Source of the DNA: a bacterium CG_4_9_14_3_um_filter_65_15
GTDB lineage: Bacteria; Krumholzibacteriota; Krumholzibacteriia; LZORAL124-64-63
Assembly (NCBI GenBank): GCA_002790835.1
Contig: PFVX01000056.1
Location: forward strand, 24,508 to 88,507
DNA length: 64,000 nt
Direction: 5' to 3'
Below are positions 37,395 through 48,380 of the stretch, piece by piece; position 1 is the first letter of the stretch; the number at the start of each line of letters is the position of its first letter. Position numbers and translations under genes: made by a program. The notes below the pieces were generated by a model that did no database searches, was not told the origin of the DNA, and worked only from the letters and a program-made list of their open reading frames with translations.

Positions 37395-38465
37395 ATGGCA
37401 CAGCCCAGCCTCGAAGAGGAGCATTTCTTGACCCTGGACCGGAAGCCCGTTCGTATCGACCCGCGCACACCCTGGCTGGCGGACGTGCGGCGCATGCTGT
37501 CGCCCATGGCCGGGGTGACGGACCGGCCCTTCCGGGACATCTGCCGTCGTTTCGGCGCGGACATGGGCTTCTGTGAATTCGCCTCCGCCAGCGGCTTGAC
37601 CTACGGGGGCGAGGCCACCTGGCGCCTGGTCGACACCGACGGGGAACAGGGGCTGGTGGGCGTGCAGATTTTCGGCAGCAACCCCGAGCACATGGCATCG
37701 GCTTCGCGGCTGCTGGTCGACAAGCGGATGGACGTGCTGGACATCAATTTCGGCTGCCCCGCCAAGAAGGTGGTCCGCAAGTGCGGCGGCAGCGCCCTGC
37801 TCGCCGACCTGCCGTTGCTGGAGCAGATCGTGCGGGCGGTCGTCGCCAACAGCTGCGTTCCCGTGAGCGCGAAGATCCGCACCGGATGGGACGAGGACTC
37901 GGTCAACTATCGCGAGGTGGGTCGGTTGTTGCAGGAACTGGGCATGGTCTGGGTCACCATCCACGGTCGCACCCGCGCCCAGAAGTTCTCCGGGCAGGCC
38001 GACTGGGGCCGGATCGCGGACCTCGTCGAGGCCCTGGATATTCCGGTGATCGGCAACGGGGACGTGACCGACGCCGAATCCTACCGGGACCTGGTCCGGC
38101 AGACCCGCTGCCACGCGGTGATGATCGGCCGCGGCGCCATCGGAACCCCCTGGTTGTTCGCAGGTATGCGGGCGGTCGACGACGGGCAACCACCGTCGCA
38201 GGTGGAGTTTGCCGAGATGTGCTCCGTCACCTGCGATCACATCCGCGGCGAGGTCGCCGCGCGCGGTGAACAACAGGGCTGCCTGGTGGTGCGCAAGCAC
38301 ATCTCGCGCACCTTTCGCGGTTACCCGGGTGCCGCTTCCCTGCGGCGCAGGCTCTACGCCACCGTCGAAAGCGCCGAGATGATCGCCATCCTCACCGCCG
38401 CGGCTGCCGCGGGCCGGCCCGAATCCGACGCAGAGAATCTGACGCAACCGGAGGCGAATCGATGA
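37395..38465 (+). CDS. dus: tRNA-dihydrouridine synthase (DusB-like)
   Basis: LSPMAGVTDRPFR...NFGCPAKKV...IHGRTR...GNGD are Dus family motifs, with a C-terminal helical domain. Confidence 0.8.
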   Translation: MAQPSLEEEHFLTLDRKPVRIDPRTPWLADVRRMLSPMAGVTDRPFRDICRRFGADMGFCEFASASGLTYGGEATWRLVDTDGEQGLVGVQIFGSNPEHMASASRLLVDKRMDVLDINFGCPAKKVVRKCGGSALLADLPLLEQIVRAVVANSCVPVSAKIRTGWDEDSVNYREVGRLLQELGMVWVTIHGRTRAQKFSGQADWGRIADLVEALDIPVIGNGDVTDAESYRDLVRQTRCHAVMIGRGAIGTPWLFAGMRAVDDGQPPSQVEFAEMCSVTCDHIRGEVAARGEQQGCLVVRKHISRTFRGYPGAASLRRRLYATVESAEMIAILTAAAAAGRPESDAENLTQPEANR

Positions 38466-39250
38466 GTGCGACCCCGCGCGGCCACCTGTCCTTCATGACG
38501 ATGCTGGCGTTGGTGGTCCTGCTCCTGTCGGGCGGATGCGCCAAGCGGGTGGGGGGACCAGAGGCCAGGACCGCCCAACCGGTGGTGACCGGCAACATCA
38601 TCGAGCATACCGTGCAGCCCGGCGAGGATCTTCCCGCCATCGCCGACGACTACTACGGCGATCCCGGCCACGCCGCCGACATCGCGCTGCTCAACGGGCT
38701 GACCGAGGGAGGGCGCCTGGTTCCCGGTACGGTGCTCAAATTGAGGTTCGATTCCGATCAGTGGGGCGGCGCCCAACGCCGGGCCCAGGCATTGGTGCCG
38801 TACAACGAGGGCGTGGAAATGCTGGCGACCGAGCGCCTCGGCGAAGCCCAGGCCCGCTTCGAGCAGGCGCTGGACATCGCGCCCGATCTCCTGGCTGCCC
38901 GTTACAACTTGGCCTTGGTCCTCTTGAAACGGGGTCGGTCCGATGCCGCCCTGGAACACCTGGACATCCTGGTGGCCCAGCGACCCGAAGCCGAGGATTT
39001 CGCGTTCGCCCGGGGAAACGCCCTGTTCCAGACCTCCAACTTCCCCCTCGCCGCGGCCCAGTTCAACGCCCTGCTGGCCATGGATTCGGGCAACAAGCGG
39101 GCGGCCTTCGGATATGCCCGCAGCCTGCAGGAGGCCGGTGATCGTCAGGGCGCGGTGACGGCATGGGGGAACTACCTGAAGCTGGATTCCTCGTCCGGCT
39201 GGGCCGACGCCGCCCGCAGGAACCTCGAGGCCCTTCAAAATGGGGATTGA
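38462..39250 (+). CDS. Lipoprotein with LysM domain and TPR repeats
   Basis: Lipobox LLLSGGC. A LysM-like segment (HTVQPGEDLPAIADDYYGD), then TPR-like helices. The start overlaps the dus stop. Confidence 0.6.
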   Translation: MSATPRGHLSFMTMLALVVLLLSGGCAKRVGGPEARTAQPVVTGNIIEHTVQPGEDLPAIADDYYGDPGHAADIALLNGLTEGGRLVPGTVLKLRFDSDQWGGAQRRAQALVPYNEGVEMLATERLGEAQARFEQALDIAPDLLAARYNLALVLLKRGRSDAALEHLDILVAQRPEAEDFAFARGNALFQTSNFPLAAAQFNALLAMDSGNKRAAFGYARSLQEAGDRQGAVTAWGNYLKLDSSSGWADAARRNLEALQNGD

Positions 39251-40583
39251 TGCGCCTCCCCTGATCGATCTGCGGGATTTCGACCTCGAGCGACGAACCG
39301 CAGGCGACGACCTGCGGATCCTCTCCGGTGTGAACCTGCGCCTCGAGGCGGGGCAGTGGATCGCCCTGCTGGGCGCCAACGGATCAGGCAAGTCATCCCT
39401 CTTGAAATATCTGGCAGCTGAGGACTCCCCCGCGGGGGAGGGCACGGCCTACATGGCCCAGGATCCCGATGAACAGCTCGTGGCTCAGACCGTGGCCGGG
39501 GAAATCGCCCTGGGGCGCGCCGGATTGGACCCGGGCGCGGAGTTGGCCCGGTTCCAGCTGGAGGATCAGGCGGCGCTGGATCCGCGCCTGCTCTCGGCGG
39601 GTCAGAAACAACGCCTGGTCCTGGCGACGGCCTTGGGTTGCGCGCCCCGGATCCTGCTCTGCGACGAACCCACGGCTCTGCAGGACTCCCACCAGGCCGG
39701 GTGGATCCTGGAGCAGTTGGACGCCTGGCGGCGGGAGCCCGGCCGCGGCCTGCTGACGGCCACCTGTGACCGGTACGAGGCCCAGCGGGCCGATTGGCTG
39801 GTGGTGCTGCGGGGCGGGGCCGTTGTGGTCCAGGGTCCGCGGGAGGCAGTGTGGAACGAAGGCGCGGTTCAGGAACTCCTCCTGGACCGGGACCAGGAGA
39901 ACCGGCGCGAGGACGGGCGGCTCCGACCGGCGACCGAGGGGGAATCCGTTCTGATCCTGGAGGATGTGGGATGTGACTTTGCCGGGCCCGGTGGCGGGTT
40001 CGCGGGGTTGGACCTCCAGGTCGGTCGAGGCGGTCGGGTGGGGCTGACCGGCCCCAACGGGTGCGGCAAGAGTACCCTGCTGGCCGTATGCGCGGGACTG
40101 CGCCCTCCGCAGCGGGGCTCGGTGCGGGTGGACGGGCGCCGTTTCTACCACGATGGGGGGGCCGACCTGGATCACGGCCTGACCATGTTGGCGCCGCAGT
40201 TTCCCGAATACATGTTCCTGTGCCCCCGGGTGAGCGACGAAATCTCATTCGGTCCTCCGGCTTCCCCAGCGCCACCCGAAGCCTTCCTGGGCCGCCTGGG
40301 GCTGGATCCGACCCTCCGGCACCGGAATCCCCACGACCTGAGCACGGGGGAGCGCCGGCGCTTGGCCGTGGGCCTGGTACTGGGCAGCGCCAGGCCCCTG
40401 CTGCTGTTGGATGAGCCCACCGCAGCCCTGGATCGCCGCGGTCGCGCGCAGATCCTGGACCTGCTGGACGAAGCTCCGACCGACAGTTCCCTGGTCATCG
40501 CGTCCCACGATCGAGGTTTTTTGGCCGCCGCCGGATGCCGCATCCTGGAAATGGGGCTTGCTGGTCTCGCAGAGGGTTGTTAG
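39240..40583 (+). CDS. ABC-type ATPase with two fused nucleotide-binding domains (CbiO/ECF-A-like), no adjacent permease
   Basis: Two Walker A motifs (GANGSGKSSLL; GPNGCGKSTLL), two signature motifs (LSAGQKQRL; LSTGERRRL) and two Walker B motifs. The start overlaps the upstream stop. Confidence 0.75.
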   Translation: MGIDAPPLIDLRDFDLERRTAGDDLRILSGVNLRLEAGQWIALLGANGSGKSSLLKYLAAEDSPAGEGTAYMAQDPDEQLVAQTVAGEIALGRAGLDPGAELARFQLEDQAALDPRLLSAGQKQRLVLATALGCAPRILLCDEPTALQDSHQAGWILEQLDAWRREPGRGLLTATCDRYEAQRADWLVVLRGGAVVVQGPREAVWNEGAVQELLLDRDQENRREDGRLRPATEGESVLILEDVGCDFAGPGGGFAGLDLQVGRGGRVGLTGPNGCGKSTLLAVCAGLRPPQRGSVRVDGRRFYHDGGADLDHGLTMLAPQFPEYMFLCPRVSDEISFGPPASPAPPEAFLGRLGLDPTLRHRNPHDLSTGERRRLAVGLVLGSARPLLLLDEPTAALDRRGRAQILDLLDEAPTDSSLVIASHDRGFLAAAGCRILEMGLAGLAEGC

Positions 40584-42175
<1,592 letters not shown>

Positions 42176-42231
42176 AACATCCCGGTCGGCGTCGGGTTCA
42201 GCACGTCGGCCCCAATCAATGAGGTTCCTGC

Positions 42232-43557
42232 ATGCAGTGGAGTTGGAAGCGGATTCCCGCCGAATACCTGGTGACCAATGTGAAGATCTACCAGGGCGCT
42301 AAGATCAGCCGACGCCTGGGATTCCTGCACGTGAAGAAGGGCCGCATCGAACAGGTGGGCGTCGGCGCCCCCTCGCGCGAGGGGCTGCCCGTCCTGGATG
42401 GACGCGGAATGGTCTGCGCCCCCGGCCTGATCGACCTGCACGTGCACTTCCGCGAACCGGGCCAGGAGGAGAAGGAGACCATCGCCTCCGGAAGCCTGGC
42501 CGCGGCCTGCGGCGGTTTCACGTCCGTGGTGTCCATGCCCAACACCGAGCCGGCCATCGACCATTCCGGCATGGTGAAGTACGTGGTGGACCGGGGCAAG
42601 GAGGCCGGCCTGTGCCGGGTCTTCCCCACCGGCGCGATCAGCAAGGGTCGCCAGGGTGAGCAGATGTGCGAGTTCGGCGACATGGTCGCCGCCGGGGCCG
42701 TGGGTTTCACCGACGACGGATCGCCCGTGGCCAACGGCGCCTTGATGGCCAACGCCCTCAAGTTCGCCCGCATGCTGGGTGTGCCGATCATCAGCCACGC
42801 CGAGGACCTTTCGATCGTGGGCAACGGTGTGATGCACGGAGGTTACTGGTCCGCCCGCCTCGGTCTGGCCGGGATGGCCCGGGCCGGCGAGGACGCCGCG
42901 ACATTCCGGGAAATCGAGCTGGCACGGGCCACCGGCGGGCACCTGCACGTGGCGCACGTCTCGACCCGGGGAGCGGTCGCCATGATCCGCCGGGCCAAGG
43001 AGGAAGGGGTGCACGTCACGGCGGAGGCAACCCCGCACCACTTCAGTCTCGACCACTCGCGCTGCCGCGACTACTCGCCGCTGTTCAAGATGAACCCTCC
43101 CTTGCGCGAGCCGGAGGACATCGAGGCGGTCGCCGAGGGCCTGACCGACGGCGCCCTCGACTGCATCGCCACCGACCACGCCCCCCACACGGCCACGCAG
43201 AAGGAATACCAGTTCGACCAGGCGCCTTTCGGGGTGCTGGGTTTGGAGACGGCCTTCGCGGTCGGGGTAACGTATCTTGTGAAGAACAAGGTCATGGATC
43301 TGGGCCGTCTGATCGGACTCATGTCCGAGAGGCCGGCCGGGGTACTGGGCTTGCCTTATGGGCGCCTGGAAGAGGGGGCGGTGGCGGATTTCACGCTGCT
43401 GGACCCGGATCATACCTGGACGGTGTCCGTGGATCATCTGCAGTCCCGCAGCCGGAACTCGAGCTATCTGGGCGAGGAACTGACCGGGAAAGCGGGCGCG
43501 ACCTTCCTGCGCGGGCGGTTGACCTGGCATGATGAGGATGTGATCGGCGCCGAATAA
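42232..43557 (+). CDS. pyrC: Dihydroorotase (multifunctional-complex type)
   Basis: DLHVHFREPG... metal-binding His motifs and an amidohydrolase fold. Length is 441 aa. Confidence 0.85.
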   Translation: MQWSWKRIPAEYLVTNVKIYQGAKISRRLGFLHVKKGRIEQVGVGAPSREGLPVLDGRGMVCAPGLIDLHVHFREPGQEEKETIASGSLAAACGGFTSVVSMPNTEPAIDHSGMVKYVVDRGKEAGLCRVFPTGAISKGRQGEQMCEFGDMVAAGAVGFTDDGSPVANGALMANALKFARMLGVPIISHAEDLSIVGNGVMHGGYWSARLGLAGMARAGEDAATFREIELARATGGHLHVAHVSTRGAVAMIRRAKEEGVHVTAEATPHHFSLDHSRCRDYSPLFKMNPPLREPEDIEAVAEGLTDGALDCIATDHAPHTATQKEYQFDQAPFGVLGLETAFAVGVTYLVKNKVMDLGRLIGLMSERPAGVLGLPYGRLEEGAVADFTLLDPDHTWTVSVDHLQSRSRNSSYLGEELTGKAGATFLRGRLTWHDEDVIGAE

Positions 43558-43711
43558 TCCGGTTGCGGAACACAAGTTGCAAGGGTTCCCGGTTCACGAC
43601 CGGGACCGGTGGGAAAAGGTCCGGTCAAGTGGCTATGGAGCCTTAAGGAGCGGTTTCGGGGTGGAAAACGACGGAATGCGCGGTGCCGGAAACGGTCCTC
43701 GACGGAGGTCG

Positions 43712-45565
43712 ATGGGTCCTCTGAGCGGGACAGTGCGCTCCGCCGTCGCCGGTGCGGTCCTGCTGCTCCTGTTGACCGCCGGTTGCGCCAAGTACAACAC
43801 CTTTTTCAACGCCGAGCGAGCCTTCGACAATGCCGAGCAGGTCAGGGAGGAAGCCCTGAAGCGGCACGAGGATCCGCCGGAACCCTCGGGCCAGCAGAAG
43901 GCCAATTACGAGATCGCCATTCGCAAAGCGCAGAAGATTCTCGACGATTTTCCCGGCCACAGCCTCACTGATGATGCGCTCTTCCTGCAGGCCAAGGCGT
44001 ATCACAGGCTCGCGTCCTACCGGATGTCGATCCGCAAGCTGGATCTGCTGTTTTCCAATTTCCCCCAAACGGAATACCAGGAAGAGGCCCTCTACCTTCA
44101 GGGGCTGAACTATCTCCTGATCGGGAGCCTGGCCAAGAGCCAGGAATATCTCGACCGGCTTGCCAAGCTCTTCCCCAAGAGCCGCTACCAGGCCGAGACG
44201 CGCAAGGTCGTCGGGGACAATGCCTTTACCATGCAGGACTGGAACACGGCCTACGATAGCTACCGGGAGTATCTGGCCCAGGACAACGGAGTCCAGAACC
44301 CCGATCAGGTCGGTCTCAAGCTGGGGGAGTGCTGCTGGGAACTGAAGCGATTCTCCGACGGAGTGCCCGTCCTGGATTATGTCATCGAAAACACCTTGAG
44401 CCCCGAGATGTCCTTCCGGGCCAAGCTGCTCAAGGTTCGGATGCTGACCCGCATGAATGAATTCGCTGAGGCAAATGCCCTGATCGGGGAGATCAAACCG
44501 GAGGCCGAGATTTTCCAGTCCGAGGGTATGGTCGCCTTGGCGGAGGCCAAGAACCTCTTCGCCCAGGGTGAGGGCGAGGTGGCAACACCCCTGCTGCAGA
44601 ATCTGCCCGATGAATGGAAGACGGCCGAGGTGAGGGCCGGTGCGGCCGACCTCCTGGGATACAGCTTCCTGAACGAAGGCAAGTGGGCCCTGGCCCGGGA
44701 ACAGTTCAAGACCGCCTTGGCCGGCAAGAGGGTCCTCGAGGACCAGGAACGGACCCGGAGGTTGAGCGGCAATCTCCAGGACTATCTTGCCGCAGAAGCT
44801 GCGCTCAAGGATGCCTCGGGTGAGAAGGTGCCTCGTCTGAAGCTGCTTGAGGCGAACGCCCTGCTGTTCGGACTCGGCCGTCCCCGCCAAGCGGCGGAGC
44901 TGTACATGGAGGCGACGGCCGATACCAATGCCGATCCCGGTGACGCGGCGCGGGCCCTGTACGGCGCCATCCTTGCCTACCGGGACCATCTGGACCGACC
45001 CGATTCGGCGGATATCTTTGCCGCTTCCCTGCAGGAGCGCTTTCCGGATTCTCCCCAGGCGTTCATGGTCGCCTCGGATCCGGGAGATCGGGACCTGCTG
45101 GGTATGCTCCTGGATCGGCAGCGCCGGGTCCAGGCGGATTCCTTGGCCGCCTTGAGTCCCGAACAACGGGCCGCCTTGGTAGCCGTCGGTTCGGAGTGGA
45201 GCCCGGCCATCGCCGACCGATCCCGGAAGGGGACCGGCTTGCGGAGGCGAATGGTGTATCTCTCCCGCCGCGAAAATCTGGTTTACCCCCCGCCGGAAAG
45301 AGGCCCACAAATGGGTCCGTCCCCCGGCCGCAATCCCGTCGCCGCGGCCGACTCTCTGGGTTTGCGTCCGCAATCCACCCTGCCCGAGTCGGTGAGGCCG
45401 GAATACGGGCGTGATCTTCCGGTAACCTTGCCCGACAGTTCCGCGTTGGACATGGCCAGCGGTATCGATACGGTGACCGTTCCCGAGCCCGAGCCGGAAA
45501 AGAAAGTGAAAAAGAACAAATCCGATGGCTGGGACTACCTGCGGAGCCCCGGGGAGCAGCCCTGA
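43712..45565 (+). CDS. TPR-repeat lipoprotein (BamD/YfiO-like N-terminal region) inserted within the pyr operon
   Basis: Lipoprotein signal AVAGAVLLLLLTAGC with SD GGAGG. N-terminal TPR region resembling BamD-type lipoproteins. Long low-complexity C-terminus. Confidence 0.55.
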   Translation: MGPLSGTVRSAVAGAVLLLLLTAGCAKYNTFFNAERAFDNAEQVREEALKRHEDPPEPSGQQKANYEIAIRKAQKILDDFPGHSLTDDALFLQAKAYHRLASYRMSIRKLDLLFSNFPQTEYQEEALYLQGLNYLLIGSLAKSQEYLDRLAKLFPKSRYQAETRKVVGDNAFTMQDWNTAYDSYREYLAQDNGVQNPDQVGLKLGECCWELKRFSDGVPVLDYVIENTLSPEMSFRAKLLKVRMLTRMNEFAEANALIGEIKPEAEIFQSEGMVALAEAKNLFAQGEGEVATPLLQNLPDEWKTAEVRAGAADLLGYSFLNEGKWALAREQFKTALAGKRVLEDQERTRRLSGNLQDYLAAEAALKDASGEKVPRLKLLEANALLFGLGRPRQAAELYMEATADTNADPGDAARALYGAILAYRDHLDRPDSADIFAASLQERFPDSPQAFMVASDPGDRDLLGMLLDRQRRVQADSLAALSPEQRAALVAVGSEWSPAIADRSRKGTGLRRRMVYLSRRENLVYPPPERGPQMGPSPGRNPVAAADSLGLRPQSTLPESVRPEYGRDLPVTLPDSSALDMASGIDTVTVPEPEPEKKVKKNKSDGWDYLRSPGEQP

Positions 45566-46425
45566 TGGGACCGACCGGAATCCCCTCGCCTTGCAGCCTG
45601 GTCGGTGAGGTGATGGCCAACGGACCGGTCAGCAGCGGGTTGATCGAAATGCATCTTCGAGTCCCCGGCGGTTCGGCCGGCCAGCCCACGTTTTTCCCCG
45701 GTCAATTCGCCATGCTCAATCGTCCCGGCGCCTCCGCCTGGACCTTCGGCCGTCCCCTGTCCATCCTGGCCTGGGAGGGCGGGGTTGTGCGTTTTCTCTA
45801 TCGGGCCGTCGGCCGCGGCACCCGGGAATTGGCGGGGCTGGGAGCCGGCTCCGGATTGACTTTTCTCGGCCCCTTGGGCAATCCTTTTCCCGCCGAAACC
45901 GGCGGTCTGCGGCCGGTGTTGATCGCAGGCGGGGTGGGGCTTCCGCCGATCTGGTCGTGGCTCCAGCTTTACGGAGCCCGGGCGGGCGGGCCTGCGCTGG
46001 CCTGTTTCGGGGCCCGCAGCGTGGAGGACGTCCCCTGGACCCTGGTGGGTGATCGGTGGCGCGTGGCGGTCGAGGAGGCTCTTGCGGCCGGAGACGGCCG
46101 GGCGAGCACGGGGTTGGTCACCGAACTGGTGACGGCCGAACTCGGCGACTCCGCCCTGGACGGTGCCTGCTGCGTGATGGCCTGCGGTCCCTGGCCCATG
46201 CTGCGGGCGGTGCGCGATCTGGCGGCTGCGCGTGGATGGCCCTGTTGGCTGTCCCTGGAGGAACACATGGGCTGCGGGTACGGGGTCTGCAAGGGTTGCG
46301 TGGTACCGTTGCGGGAACCGTCCGCCGACGTCGGTTGGCGCCCGGCCACCTGCTGCCAAGAGGGTCCCGTGTTCCCTGTCGATGCACTGGCTTGGGATGT
46401 CATGCAGCCGGAAGGATCCCCATGA
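45565..46425 (+). CDS. pyrK: Dihydroorotate dehydrogenase electron-transfer subunit PyrK
   Basis: FNR-like FAD/NAD domain and a C-terminal 2Fe-2S Cys cluster (CGYGVCKGCVV...C). The start overlaps the upstream stop. Confidence 0.8.
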   Translation: MGPTGIPSPCSLVGEVMANGPVSSGLIEMHLRVPGGSAGQPTFFPGQFAMLNRPGASAWTFGRPLSILAWEGGVVRFLYRAVGRGTRELAGLGAGSGLTFLGPLGNPFPAETGGLRPVLIAGGVGLPPIWSWLQLYGARAGGPALACFGARSVEDVPWTLVGDRWRVAVEEALAAGDGRASTGLVTELVTAELGDSALDGACCVMACGPWPMLRAVRDLAAARGWPCWLSLEEHMGCGYGVCKGCVVPLREPSADVGWRPATCCQEGPVFPVDALAWDVMQPEGSP

Positions 46426-47336
46426 TGCCGGCCTGGTGGCGGACGGATCCCTGTGCCCCTTTCCGGATCGGGCCCCGGGAGTTTCCCGGACGGATTTGGA
46501 CGGCATCCGGCTGTTTCGCCTACGGATTGACCGGCCACGAGATGACCGCGCCCGGCTATGCCTCTCCCTACGAGGGGCTCGGCGCCGTGGTGACCAAGAC
46601 CATTACCCCGGAACCGCGTGCCGGCAACCCGATGCCGCGTCTGGTGGAGACCCCCGCAGGGGCGCTCAACAGCATTGGTCTGGAGAACGTCGGGTTGCGG
46701 GAATTCGTGCGGGACGTCATGCCGCGTCTGGAAGCCGCCGCGGTCCCTTTCGTGGCCAGCATCGCGGCGACTTGCCCGGAGCAGTTCTCCGATTTGGCGA
46801 GGGCCGTGCAGACCGCCGGGGCAAAGATGCGACATTGGCACGGGCTGGAACTCAATCTCAGTTGTCCCAACGTGGCCGAGGGTGGGCACGATTTCGGCAA
46901 GGATCCGGATACCGTTGCGGCCTGCGTGTCTGCCGCCGGCGGGGGCGCCGGCGACCGAGCCCTGCTGGTCAAACTCACCCCGAACGTGGGTGATATCGCC
47001 GCCCTGGCCCGCGCCGCGGCCGCTGCGGGGGCCCATGCCGTCAGCGCGGTCAATACCTTCGTCGGCCTGGACGTGGATCTGGCCACGGGTCGTCCGTGCC
47101 TGCCCCGTCGCTTCGGCGGATATTCCGGCGCGGCCATTCTGCCGCTGGCCCTGGCCAAGGTGGACGAAATCGTCCGCAAGGCGCAGGTCCCGGTGGTGGG
47201 TGTGGGGGGCATCGGGTCAGCGGACGATGCGCTGAAATACTTCGCGCTGGGGGCCGTGGCCGTGCAGGTGGGAACGGCCCAGATGCGGGACCCCTTCTGT
47301 GCGGCGCGGATCGCCCGGCAGTTGCAAACGGGTTAA
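46422..47336 (+). CDS. pyrD: Dihydroorotate dehydrogenase catalytic subunit (class 1B)
   Basis: ...SGCFAYG...NSIGLEN...LNLSCPN...VVGVGGI... motifs. The ATG overlaps the pyrK stop (ATGA). Confidence 0.85.
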   Translation: MMPAWWRTDPCAPFRIGPREFPGRIWTASGCFAYGLTGHEMTAPGYASPYEGLGAVVTKTITPEPRAGNPMPRLVETPAGALNSIGLENVGLREFVRDVMPRLEAAAVPFVASIAATCPEQFSDLARAVQTAGAKMRHWHGLELNLSCPNVAEGGHDFGKDPDTVAACVSAAGGGAGDRALLVKLTPNVGDIAALARAAAAAGAHAVSAVNTFVGLDVDLATGRPCLPRRFGGYSGAAILPLALAKVDEIVRKAQVPVVGVGGIGSADDALKYFALGAVAVQVGTAQMRDPFCAARIARQLQTG

Positions 47337-48370
47337 TCGGGCTCCACGGGGTCGACCCATTCGTCGATCTCCACCTCGTCGCCGGCCTCCAGATCGAGAT
47401 CATCCATCATTTCATCGGTACCGGAGTCCCCATCCTCGGGCAGACCATCGGGAAAATCCGCTTCGAGCAGGTCGGCGAAGGTGTCGATGCGCGAAAGGAT
47501 CCGGGTGGCGAGTCCGTCCCCGATGGACGCGGCCTTTTCCACCGGGCCGTGCGTGGCGAGGCGGTTCAGGCCGGATCCGGTCGTGCCGGTGATCACCAGC
47601 TGGGACTGCTCGACGCGGGCCAGGGCGCCCACCGGCAGATCCTGGTCGGAGATCATGCGGGCGCAAAAGGCCTGTTCGGCCATCAGTTCCGCTGCGCTGG
47701 CTTCCGAATGCAGGGGTTGCAGCAAGGTGCGCGCTTCCTGATCGGTGGTGCGGCCGATGACCACGAGCAGGCCCTGGCCGGGGCCGGGAAGGACGAATTC
47801 CGGCGAGAAGATCTCCGCGACGATGCCTTGGATCCCCAGGTGTTCGGTGACGGCCGCAGGCAGAACCAGGCCGTCGATTTCGCTGCGCCGCAGGTGGGTT
47901 TCCATGGCGCGGTCCACCCCGCCCTGAAGGATCTCGAATTTCAGGTCGGGCCACAGGGCCGCCAGCTGGGAGCGGGCCCGCAGGGAGAGGACACCGACGG
48001 TCCCGCCGGCTTCCATCTCGTCCATGAGCCGGCCCTTGCGGTTCAGGAAGGCGTCGAAGGGGTTGCCGCGATCCGGGACGCAGAGAATGTCCAGCTCCTC
48101 GGGCAGGGGCAGGACCATGTCGTCGGCTTCCAGGACGGCCAGCCGGGCCTCGTCCGCCAGCAGCTTTTCTTCCAGGAATTCGACTTCGCCGCGGCAGGTG
48201 GCCAGGAACGGCTCCTTTACCCGGGCCTTGTTGCGGATGGGGGATGCGAAGAGGTTGAGTTGGCAGGTCAGACGGGGTGCCGCCAGCTGCAACCGGTCAA
48301 TGACCGCCTGGGTCTGGTTGCGGGCCAGAGGTGAGGTGAGGCTGCCGAAACTCAAGACCCTTGTTTTCAC
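47333..48370 (-). CDS. hemC: Porphobilinogen deaminase (hydroxymethylbilane synthase) with acidic C-terminal tail
   Basis: VKTRVLSFGSLTSPLARNQTQ corresponds to the HemC N-terminus (RIGTRGSxLAxxQ). GTG start at 48370 with SD AGAAGG. The track's longer ORF would overlap the upstream gene by 89 nt. Confidence 0.8.
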   Translation of the reverse strand: MKTRVLSFGSLTSPLARNQTQAVIDRLQLAAPRLTCQLNLFASPIRNKARVKEPFLATCRGEVEFLEEKLLADEARLAVLEADDMVLPLPEELDILCVPDRGNPFDAFLNRKGRLMDEMEAGGTVGVLSLRARSQLAALWPDLKFEILQGGVDRAMETHLRRSEIDGLVLPAAVTEHLGIQGIVAEIFSPEFVLPGPGQGLLVVIGRTTDQEARTLLQPLHSEASAAELMAEQAFCARMISDQDLPVGALARVEQSQLVITGTTGSGLNRLATHGPVEKAASIGDGLATRILSRIDTFADLLEADFPDGLPEDGDSGTDEMMDDLDLEAGDEVEIDEWVDPVEPD

Positions 48371-48380
48371 ACTGACCTTC

